Shown here: one piece after another, positions 20,301 to 28,600 of the stretch | How the letters are laid out: every line of letters begins with the position of its first letter | Position numbering within the stretch: the stretch's first letter is position 1 | DNA from: an uncultured virus (IMG/VR IMGVR_UViG_3300032250_000289) | Lineage: Duplodnaviria; Heunggongvirae; Uroviricota; Caudoviricetes | Direction: 5' to 3' (one strand) | IMG/VR virus record: IMGVR_UViG_3300032250_000289 | DNA: 64,000 nt | Position numbers and translations under genes: made by a program | Notes under the pieces: model-generated | The model's input: the letters and a program-made list of their open reading frames with translations, nothing else | What the model was told of the DNA's origin: nothing | Databases searched by the model: none

Positions 20301-23300
20301 GCACCTGTCGTGAATCTTCTCCAAGTGATTTTATACCAGAATTAATACCCAAAGATACTGAATGGCCGAACTGGCGACCTTCCTGACCAACGTTCCAAAG
20401 TCTTTCAGTAATTGCTGGCTGTCCACCAATAATGCTTCTTTTACGCTCAGTATAATAATCTCTTAAATAGGCTTGTGGTAATGTTAATTTTGTTTCTAAA
20501 TTCCAAGAAGCTTTATCTGATCCAGCAGGCCAATTATATCCAGACGGTGGGACGTTTCTCTTATAGATAAATACTGAACCAGCTTCACTTAATGTGTAAT
20601 TAGAGTCATCGGTAACGCTCATCATCGGAGCGCCAACTGCCATTACATCATTTCTAACAGCTATAGATTTTCCAAACTGATCATTAGTATTTCTGGAATT
20701 CGAAACAATCTTTGTTCCAGAATATCCAACAAAGTTATTTGATCCATATTCAACTTCTTCAAATTCATTTGGAACACTGATAACAGTGTCTGTACCAGTT
20801 CGACCAGTAATAATTGTTTTATATGGAACATTAGGTATTAGACCGTCATATTTACGTATTCCATAGAAATTTCCACTATAACCAATCGGCGTGTTAAACC
20901 CACTTGTTTGTAAGTTTGTGTAAGTGTTAATTGCTCTAAAAATACCGCCATCAACGCAATCGCTAACTAAAGACCATTTTTTACCATGAGTAGTTACTTG
21001 TAGTTCTTTGCAGTCACCAGACGCAACACAGTCGCCGTAGCATATTGTATCAACGCCTCTGATTTCATCGTTAGCCCTTAAAGATGAATATATTAGATCG
21101 TCAACATTGATACTCTTGCCAACATTGTTGCCATTCCAACTAACTGTAGCTTGTTCGTTTAGTAAAGCATTAACTGGTGGATAGTTGATAACATATAAAT
21201 TCAAGCTATTACTATTAACTGTTCTTGTAAAGTCATCGCCCATTGTAAAGAGACTTGTAGTGTGGCTAGCGCTATCAAACAGGGCAGGAACTTGAACAAT
21301 CAATGACATTGTTTCACTTGGGAAGCGAGATGCTAGTAATGATACACCCTTAGTGTAAAGTTTGGTGGTGTTGGATAGGTTAATTCTTCCCCGTTCCGCA
21401 ATAGTAAGTAAAGATAGATTTCCGCTAGATGTTTGGTCTATGGGGAGATTCTTGGTTACTAAAGACATGTACTCTTCGTTAAACTTTGTATCTCTTCCAC
21501 CAACATGCAGTAAGAATCCACCATCATCTCCATTTGAACCATACATAATCTCTGGACCGCTACCAAAGTTATTTCCACCAATGCTTACTTTAATATATGT
21601 AGTTGAATGTAATGATAATGGAGTTGATAATCCAGACTGATGAACGGTATGTAGATTAAGATATTCATACGGCGGCTGGTAGCCGCTTGTATAAAGCTTC
21701 ATATATGGGACACCACTGTTCTCACCAACCGTGTGATATCCATAACTGTGAAGATTGATAGTTTCAACTGGTTGCTGCTGCCCGCTAGCAAACAGCGGCA
21801 TTACTTCGCTAGACGTATCAGAAAATACTAGAGCGTTTTCTAATCTTACGTGGGCGCTATGAATTTTAATTGTGGAATCATATGGTGATCCAGTTGGGTA
21901 AACAACGTCATACTGTAAAAACATGTCGTTGATGTCTTTAGAATAATATTTATGATCAAATTCAGTGATAATGTTATCTAAGTTAAAATTGGCCCAAGGC
22001 TCAGAAGTATCAAGCAGCGAATCTTTACCAAACTTACTATTAATTTTTGATATTGATCCAGATGGCTTTAAGTAGTGGATCGCCCTATTAATAAGTCCAA
22101 GATTATTCTTGCTTGGTAGATCGGGATTATCTTTATTTTTTGTATACAAACTGACAATTAGTTTTGGACCAATTTTCCCATCCGACCATACTATATTGTT
22201 TTTAGTTTCATACTCTATGATGGTGTCTACAACAAAAGCGTTTTCGTAGAAATCATAATCTCTTGGTAGGCTTTTACTTATTCTTGGATAAGCTGTGTAG
22301 AAACCACCACCACTTTCTGGAACGTTTGACAAACTAAATCTTAAGAAATCATTTTCAATCTGAGTATGATAGGATACTCCAGAGGTCATAACACTAGCTG
22401 GCAAAGTTGTATTTGTAATTTGGCTATAACCAGAACCATTATTAACAATGTGATGGACTATAAAATCTTCGCCAATACGCTTGGTTAAAGACTTAAAAGC
22501 TGGTTTGAATGAGAATATTTGAAAGTCGCCCATTTTCCAATCAGATGTATTTTCATCAACATAACTCCATAGATTAGAGCTATTAGATGACTTTACACTC
22601 TGACTAGATAAAAAGTCTGATGCTGTTATTTGTTTGTTCTGAAGATTAGGATTAGCACTTACTAAATTTGCTCCAGAATCACTAATACCAATTTCACTAA
22701 CGAACATATTCATCCCAACGCCAGAGCCATAGCAATATCCAAATATTAAATTGCTATCTCCCGTCGCCTTGATGAAAGATGATGATTCTGCTCTAAGGTT
22801 ATCGTAAGATGCTATTTCATTATCAGTATATAATTTTAACTTACGAGAATTGTTGTCATTATAAGTTAATATAACTGGGAGAGGGTATTGATAGTTAGAG
22901 TATAATAGGCTATCTTGTGCTGTTATGACATTACCAGCAGTATCTCTAGCGTATCCACATAGATATCCATTTCTATATCCTAGAGCGAATTCTAGATTTT
23001 GTCCAGCGTCCCATTTAGCAAACAGAACTCCAGAATTAAATAGATTGTAACCAACACCGCTTATTGATATATCTGGACTAAAGCGTGTATAGATCGCAAA
23101 ACCATTATCTGTATTCACACTGCCGAAGTTTATATTGGCGCTAATTCCAGACAGCCTTACAATATTATCATAGGTGTCAGAAATTTTTCCATATAATTCA
23201 TGATTTTCATAACCAGCTATAGAAGTCCAATCGATGGTTTTATAGGGGGTTGGTGATGCGAATAACGATTGATTATTAAATCTAAGGCCAATGTTACTTA

Positions 23301-25677
23301 GTTTATTATATGTTCTATTGAACTTACCACTGATTGGTACTATATTTTCACCAATCTTATCAGAAATAACGAATGGATTACTATCATAGTTAAATGTGAA
23401 GTATCCCTTTGAGAATGGAACATATAGCTGTTCATTTTTAAACGAGAGATCATATGCTAAAGGATTAAATGCTCCATTTTTAACTTTACCAGAAACACCT
23501 CTCCATCTGCGGGCATAGTTTGTTTTTAATGTTGCTGGCGTTTTGTAAGAGTGTGGAATTCCAATAATAGATGATAGTTGTGCGTATGTATCAGAAAGAG
23601 AACCAGATGATGGATAAATATGTACGGTTCTACGATTAAATTCTGTTGAAGCATTAGCAAGAGTATGTAAAGCTAGGGCATTGGACGGTTTGTACTTTAC
23701 TACTAATTTAATACTAGCGAAGGATGCACCGCTTGGAATTGGATATAGGTCTAGATATAGATTTTCAAAATATGAACTTTGAGCATAATTTTTAGATACA
23801 CCAAGAGCAACATTGTCTTTGTAAATCTTTAGGGGTATGGTGTATTCTTGGAAAGATGTAGTGTTGACAACCGGCAAACTAGTAAGAGAGTAATGATCAC
23901 CGCCATCATTTAATAGAATAGAATTATAGAACTGATCTTTATTAGATATTGATACTGTGGATATGCCCAATTCATTTGTAGGATTAAATCCAGATTGAGT
24001 TGGTATAGAACCAACGCCGCTTATGCTTTGTAAGAAACCGCCAACCGCTGAAGTGACATTTAGTATCTTATCATCGCTATAACCAACAACATCTAAACTA
24101 AAGTCATTTCCACCAATAGCTTTTTTAGCAACAATTTTTAATTCTACGCTGTCAACGGCAAAGAAATTGTCTGTTTCTGCTAGAGTTTGTAATTTTGCGG
24201 TATCTAAAGAATTATTAAGACTGCCAAAAGAAAATGCGCCATCTCTTAATTCTGTAACAGATGTTGGTGGTTCATGGCTAAATTTTAATTGAAGCTTTCC
24301 AGAATTCGATACTGGTGCGTTATAATCTAATGATATATAGTTATATTGTGATTTATCGCGCAGATCATTAGTTAATACCGCTGCGCTCCGACTTGTTAAG
24401 TTATAATTCACACCATCAGATGATTTCCACACACTGCTAGCAACTGGGTATATTCCAGCATTAAAATCTTTAAGTAGAACTTCACTAGGAAGAATATCCC
24501 TTATAATTCTATTACCGGTGGACTGAACTTCTGAATAAAAATTAAGACGATTATCTGATAGTATTCCAATACCACCACTGTTACCAATTTCAATAGCAGA
24601 AATTCGCAAGCTATTGGTTGGATTGATTGAATACTGTGAAGCCTGTGTTGATATTGGTGGAAACCCAAGAGCTAAATAGTCATTTTGACTAGCATCTGGT
24701 GAGTAAATAAATTTGGGCCTACAAGTATCTTCATATCCTTCATTAAATTCTTCTTCGAATGGATCGTCTAGACATTCAGATTTTACATCTATATTTAATG
24801 AGTAGCCACTTGGTAGACCCATTAATGGATAATCTCTATCCCAACTAAATAATAATAGGTTATTGACTTCTGGCTCTGAGATATATGTTGTATAGTAAAT
24901 TTTCTGACTTGAGTAATCGGATTCACCACGTAGTACAATATCTTTGTATTTGATGATTAGATTACCAGACGGATCTTCCAACTTAAGATTAGATAAGGTG
25001 TATCGTGGGGGCACGTTAGATTCGTAGTTGGCTACGGGCGCTGCTGCCCTAATAAATAGGTAACTTTGTTTGCCCACCTGTGCTGGTCTAGTAACTTCAA
25101 ATTTATATCTAAATTCACCATCAGTTAATATTGACTTTGGTTGAATATATGAAGCGTTATCATCAGATATAACTTTACTATTTCCTGCAATAGTAGAGAG
25201 AACGCCCTCATCAATACTAGAGTATAGATTATTTGTGTTTTGATATTTATCAACAAAGATATTGCCATTTAGATTAGCTATGATATCTCTGATGGGATAA
25301 AGTTTTTCTGTGGCTTGAAAATTTAATGGAGACTGAAATGGTCCAGCAAATTTATCAGTTATTGGCTGGCTAAAGTATGCTTCCCCTCCAACTCTAGCCC
25401 TTAAAACACCTGACATGTTTAATCTGCTAGCTATATTAGAGTTATCAAAATACTCTAAACCATTTAGCCCAAAAGATATATTGTATTTAGATGTTAGATT
25501 ACTATCACCCATTAATCTGGATGACACCAAATTAAATCTAGAATTATTTGATCTAATTTTACCAAGTGCTGAGATTTTAACAGTAGCACAAGAATACGCT
25601 GAAGCTTTAGCACTAATACTAGCTTTTCCACCAACCCTAGCTGAACTAAATACTACTGAATTAGTTAATACTGCCAT
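14344..25677 (-). CDS. giant virion protein with LamG-like domain and seven FG-GAP (integrin-alpha-like) repeats
   Basis: 3777 aa; repeats DQFGKS..VGAP, RQFGHS..VGGP, DRFGHA..IGSP, SRLGYS..FGAP, DLFGYS..VGAP, DQFGYD..VGSP, DYFGKS..VATP with GxVY/FIF strands; LFAKW...LTY...LKLY LamG-like region. Confidence 0.75.
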   Translation of the reverse strand: MAVLTNSVVFSSARVGGKASISAKASAYSCATVKISALGKIRSNNSRFNLVSSRLMGDSNLTSKYNISFGLNGLEYFDNSNIASRLNMSGVLRARVGGEAYFSQPITDKFAGPFQSPLNFQATEKLYPIRDIIANLNGNIFVDKYQNTNNLYSSIDEGVLSTIAGNSKVISDDNASYIQPKSILTDGEFRYKFEVTRPAQVGKQSYLFIRAAAPVANYESNVPPRYTLSNLKLEDPSGNLIIKYKDIVLRGESDYSSQKIYYTTYISEPEVNNLLLFSWDRDYPLMGLPSGYSLNIDVKSECLDDPFEEEFNEGYEDTCRPKFIYSPDASQNDYLALGFPPISTQASQYSINPTNSLRISAIEIGNSGGIGILSDNRLNFYSEVQSTGNRIIRDILPSEVLLKDFNAGIYPVASSVWKSSDGVNYNLTSRSAAVLTNDLRDKSQYNYISLDYNAPVSNSGKLQLKFSHEPPTSVTELRDGAFSFGSLNNSLDTAKLQTLAETDNFFAVDSVELKIVAKKAIGGNDFSLDVVGYSDDKILNVTSAVGGFLQSISGVGSIPTQSGFNPTNELGISTVSISNKDQFYNSILLNDGGDHYSLTSLPVVNTTSFQEYTIPLKIYKDNVALGVSKNYAQSSYFENLYLDLYPIPSGASFASIKLVVKYKPSNALALHTLANASTEFNRRTVHIYPSSGSLSDTYAQLSSIIGIPHSYKTPATLKTNYARRWRGVSGKVKNGAFNPLAYDLSFKNEQLYVPFSKGYFTFNYDSNPFVISDKIGENIVPISGKFNRTYNKLSNIGLRFNNQSLFASPTPYKTIDWTSIAGYENHELYGKISDTYDNIVRLSGISANINFGSVNTDNGFAIYTRFSPDISISGVGYNLFNSGVLFAKWDAGQNLEFALGYRNGYLCGYARDTAGNVITAQDSLLYSNYQYPLPVILTYNDNNSRKLKLYTDNEIASYDNLRAESSSFIKATGDSNLIFGYCYGSGVGMNMFVSEIGISDSGANLVSANPNLQNKQITASDFLSSQSVKSSNSSNLWSYVDENTSDWKMGDFQIFSFKPAFKSLTKRIGEDFIVHHIVNNGSGYSQITNTTLPASVMTSGVSYHTQIENDFLRFSLSNVPESGGGFYTAYPRISKSLPRDYDFYENAFVVDTIIEYETKNNIVWSDGKIGPKLIVSLYTKNKDNPDLPSKNNLGLINRAIHYLKPSGSISKINSKFGKDSLLDTSEPWANFNLDNIITEFDHKYYSKDINDMFLQYDVVYPTGSPYDSTIKIHSAHVRLENALVFSDTSSEVMPLFASGQQQPVETINLHSYGYHTVGENSGVPYMKLYTSGYQPPYEYLNLHTVHQSGLSTPLSLHSTTYIKVSIGGNNFGSGPEIMYGSNGDDGGFLLHVGGRDTKFNEEYMSLVTKNLPIDQTSSGNLSLLTIAERGRINLSNTTKLYTKGVSLLASRFPSETMSLIVQVPALFDSASHTTSLFTMGDDFTRTVNSNSLNLYVINYPPVNALLNEQATVSWNGNNVGKSINVDDLIYSSLRANDEIRGVDTICYGDCVASGDCKELQVTTHGKKWSLVSDCVDGGIFRAINTYTNLQTSGFNTPIGYSGNFYGIRKYDGLIPNVPYKTIITGRTGTDTVISVPNEFEEVEYGSNNFVGYSGTKIVSNSRNTNDQFGKSIAVRNDVMAVGAPMMSVTDDSNYTLSEAGSVFIYKRNVPPSGYNWPAGSDKASWNLETKLTLPQAYLRDYYTERKRSIIGGQPAITERLWNVGQEGRQFGHSVSLGINSGIKSLGEDSRQVLVVGGPSSKWNRTFEDLKPSGIQIGLIIFTDEFKPEIQLDVAPWTRTYRDILSAVSNKDILYKYYSNPPISFDVKLVIIEPTLDDDYSTPSNDFAEPKPAFITKRQINRNFGLVNETTTAKILSGIKSAFLEAFPYDTSKIHNNIPPLVGFYVDNSRSLGREALEPAIDQFVQYYKEYSFASGVRDFYNVKSSGAITEFTPDIGAAEDWVIMGQTILNHTLDTGRLIRDNQLRFLTSGVGIEYYNPNLGEFNYSPPSGGRVYIFEKESGSWNLIQQINSPSDAQAIPDRFGHAVSISNNTEVIAIGSPYINDACKVYEYKPEEKARLYLNIGSWLANKSSSRGGIGRFANLLDYYTSLVRSNNADAGKILYLELTSSEKYEVRQYLNINEYENIYNYGYGNIPIVGTWGFLADKFLPTSRLGYSAAVNDDGSIVAFGAPTDSLNEWDDINVAYINNGYYDPLNTDKLNGIIPTSWKSNVNAGAVRVFDSRKYYPHNSAVEFTFFGNLQQSNSSPADIRQYNYISGILNDKNFRKTDFSDPNIPQDAGLAFIITPEVDAVSDEVVNNISSWLSLGDRNLVLVGNDPIWEQSGIYQKSNDIINKLLSGLNSKMRLHPARNAKEALSDVIPTFNNILPSFRPTNSTYSPIRARQFKGYGVADIRMHFPNYYASSPCDEAEDSKLNTKCELPLVHEGDLRAQWLSSCVNCQFNLVIYPVNWPLVFRNYIPPCCDPNDVSVSTYPLAGKEPIPLLTVGGYTDPQTIYYPASPATSGQFPTYKTNRYTTYSTITQFSNNGPNSGIEFIWSNDSGNYTYLNTNIGSTASAGRFYTPEIVEDRASLLQASGIPDSYTTQGTVQLEPNSIYCAEELFGSSSKVIVIAGLSTEIPNSLSQGAGDNNINFYANMVYKKDGARIAQLNSWTERTSFIDAYKNSSSASSFLYSSETSSLDSLFKKNRNSVTLNVDKLSDSYDVCWVANPAGLPDTVQLQELKDWLNSGDKKLVITYDNSIDKANAMKTLFSSLGLTMEPYYIPVKDKYASSIGIGLTMTDNYISRGINNKFTIQSFDSFVDTFIPIKLGANSRSICYAGQPIEDNILITHGFWRLKSGVAKVTFPVTPGSGYKIFIDGIAETPAETLRLDVLVSNVTTKASLPAAPLSAGPYSIRDINNETNTYYEVAQDNIGYSLPVFFNGIGEVQTGSFNVQIPSGISSINMYISTNASGLSQNYNYVPKTVRLLGISGVLFPIENKVLTQEYFEQEQTGYEWAITSNGSPAGSYVIPSRFIPFSSDNTGYCPTSDCGLGGQLIEDGPVVVAQEAENVSAFTVGSTRSTITLIGDSSLLQGPFLADSNGVIPTTNYEFIRSLYPSVSFSSDNNGRQFNVLTKIVSPERGSPQKLYSMIGNSGHNLLFNIGNMSRSALSSFNDNESKYSPDYVLRPENPWEDYYTQEEIELIKIREMSKFSSEQIEYGGCSKFSGIIESKMYEDSSYKGGMPTIMKDTNYDYLDFDRYPSGYRGDLFGYSIDLYQNKLVVGAPFSAFSQDVVQPWNYYVSGGVSSGIKASYNGGAGSVYIFEKTYRGSGILGATVPWQFTQKLRPTSINVGQDLSSTSVSQSGMYLGANNYSSQELSQNTIINDQFGYDVSIDSDVIAVGSPGHDFSNYVIGGSGSFIRKSFSSEFNIPNRKVINIGESGIRYSTSSSGTVLNNGAVFMFENKIVDWPAKLQRWTLVEKVIPVGYNSRLQKNGSIIPSGTENDYFGKSVAISQSNRTDADYTLAVATPHHTFGSGANSPSLSKAGSAYVFDSMLRKQPSSFFNSNSFIQAKVYGERDQFNNPQVFIEVKNNDKPDTRYYVSGIIYTNNQGEIFLEASGQDPVSKGFIEHRPYIESIDAQYMYGTPVKQGLRLFNYGKELNTASNMNVFTNVDDTAFVYNTLGLYESAVVGFASGIPSGLGLYLDCPNPIVVSSGMNLFMASGIGINAESLPIAIRGK
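14514..14529 (-). promoter_or_regulatory. GTGTATW-N6-TAG motif copy (intragenic)
   Basis: Minus strand GTGTATAATACTTTAG in the 3' end of the 3777-aa gene, about 170 nt before the next ATG (14343). Confidence 0.5.
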
Positions 25678-25692
25678 GATATCCTTTTAATC

Positions 25693-28600
25693 CTATTCGT
25701 TTGAGAGTATTTTCCCGCTACTGTCTTTAAGATTACCACCCTCTGTTACCTTGTGATTTTTAATCATTTCGCCAACTTTATTTAATAGGTCTTCTTGAAT
25801 GCTATCTTTTAGTGACATTAAGAATGATCCACCTGTTAGATTAACATTTATATTAGTGTTGTCTAGAGCTACCTTGAATTTAGTAGTTGATAGTGTGGTA
25901 ATACTGTCCGTTAACTGTTGATTAAAAGTATTAAGAGCTTCTGATAATTTATTTACTGTTGTTGGATCTAGACTTACCGCACTCATGCTACCGCCGCCAG
26001 TTCCACCGCCAGCACCAGATTCATCTGTCATTCCACCGTAACGCAAATACTTCACTCTACCACCTTTAGCAAATCCTGACACCATGCTATCAGCACTAGC
26101 TGATCCACCATTAATAGCTTTGAGTAATGCTAAATTATTTCCTCTATTAACAGCATCTCTCCTAACTACGAATTCACCGGGAGTTAACATTGCTGGAACA
26201 GTGTCGGTGCCCCTTGGAATAAATTTGCCCATTGAAGCATAAATTAAACCACCAAGCGCCTTGCCCTGTGCTACACCGGCGGCAGCAGCTTCTTTTTCTC
26301 TACCTTGTACAACTTCTACTCCAGAAGTAGCGTAAATAGTGGCTTTTTCAAGATTCATTGTCGCTGTTTGTAATTCCATTTGGGCCATATCAACACCCAT
26401 TTGTCCAGCCTGAGATAATTCACCACCTAAAGCTCGTAGTCTACTCTTTGAAGCTTCTTCTTCTGCCGTTGTTCCGGCAGCAGCCTGCGCCGCTCTTGGA
26501 TCAGTTACTCCTCTAGCTCTTAATGCTGCCTGTGCCGATCTTTCACCTAGACCACCAGCGCCACCAATACGTTGACCATAAACATCTTGAACACCAGCCT
26601 CTTGCATTCTTTGAATATTACTATAAGCACCACCAAGAGCTTCCGCTCCAAACGCTCCCATTAAACTTTGATTACCAGTAGCGATGGCTGCTGTAGCGCC
26701 AACGGCGGCTTGTTGCTGAAAGAATTTTTCTATGTCGCCAGATATTAAAGATTCCATCGAATCTTTTTCAAGTTTAGTCTTAGCTTCAATAGTTTTAAGA
26801 TTATCTTCTTCTGCCTTGATTAAATCTCTTACTGTTTGTACATATTCTTTACTAGCTTTTGCTAAGTCTTTTTGATTTTCTGCCGTTTCAGCGCCCTTTG
26901 GACCAACTAATGCGTTATCTGTTCTTCTAGCAGTTTCAGCCGCACCAAATCCAGTAGTAATTTCTCGTCTACGTTGCTGTAGTTCAGCGATACTGCCGCT
27001 TTTCATTTCTGATAAACCTAATCGTCCAGCACCAACATTTGCTTGAGCGACTACATTGCCTCGTCTTTCCTCGTTGGTAATTGCCTTACCGCCATATTTA
27101 GCTTGAACTTCTCTACCCTCCATGCCCAACTGGAGAGCTTCTTTTTGAGCTTCTACTAAGTTTCTCTCAGCGTCAATTCTTTGTTTTGTTAAGCCCACTA
27201 ATTGCTGATTAATTTTTATTTGAGCCATCAATGCTTCTTTAGCTTGACCAATAGCATTTTCACCCAAATCTTTTAATGCTGCTTCAAAAACTGAAATATC
27301 ACCATTTGCTAATTTTTCAAGATCAATATCAGCGCCTTCTAATGACTTTTTGAAGTTATTAAACTCTTCCGAACCTTCTGCTAATCCAGAATTTTTCGTT
27401 ATAGAATTAATAACAGCTTCTTTACGCGCGTCAGCAGACTGATTTCCAGTTTCTGATAAACTACTCTTAACATCTTCAAAGATTTTTGCTGAATTTTTCT
27501 GAGCGCTATTAACTGCTTTTACATTTCCTTCAAATTTAGTAACTTGCGCTGCATCTGCTCCAAACTTAGTTAAAACACTAGAAGCCTCACCTAAAGCTGC
27601 TGTAAAATCAACATCACTAATTCCTTGAGCGGCACCAGTTACGCCAGCTTCTAATGTTGCTAAAGCCCCTTCCATTGGGCTAGCTCCAGCCTCAAGACTA
27701 TTAACAAAATTGTTAATCTTTAAAGCTGATGCGTTAGCGGCACCATTAACGGAAGAAAGTCCTAGATTCATAGCTGCAAAGGCTTTACGATTTGTTTCAA
27801 TCTCTTTGCTTAAGTTGGTAAAGGATTTTTCTAATTGTTCAGCCTGTTGTTCAAGCTGTTTAGCATTAAGATCTAATTGATCTGCCGACTGTTTATTGCC
27901 AAGATCTTTTTCTGTTTTTGCTTCTTTTTTAACTTCTTCAGCCCTTCTTCTTAATTCTTCTGGGGAGTTATCACCAAGGGCTAGACTCATTTTTGCTTTA
28001 GCTTGCTCTGGGGTGCTGCTGGACGCTATAGACTCTCTTATAGCAGCATTCATAAGTGGTTTATTCATTTCAAAAGCTTTAGCTTGAGTATCATTATTAT
28101 TTTTTGCTAAAGCGGCATTTTCTTCATCAATTTTACTATTTCTTTGAGCAGAACTTTCAACTAATCCAAATGTTAATGCTGATATAGCATTTCTTGCTGT
28201 GCCAGAACCACCCTTAGACATGTTTGCACTATTAGCAGTAATGGCTTTCTGATTAGCATTTTGTAAGTTTACCGATTCTTTGGTAACGTTTGCTATTTTT
28301 TTTAATCCTTCTGCGGCAGTAATTGTGCCATTATTAAAATCTTCCATTGCGGAAATTGCGTCTTTTTCTCCTTGCTCAAATGCTTTCTGGGTTTTTGTAG
28401 CTTGAGCTTGAGCTTGAGCCAAAGAAACAATGCTACTCATTGTTTTACCGCCAAACATTTCGCTGATTGCTTGTAATTCATTTGGAAATACATTTGCAAT
28501 TACAGTTGCTAAACCAGTACCTAGCGCAGCGCCAACTGCCGCACCTATTGGTCCAAGTAGCCCCCCGATTGCTGCTCCAGCGCTTCCCGCAACCATTCTT

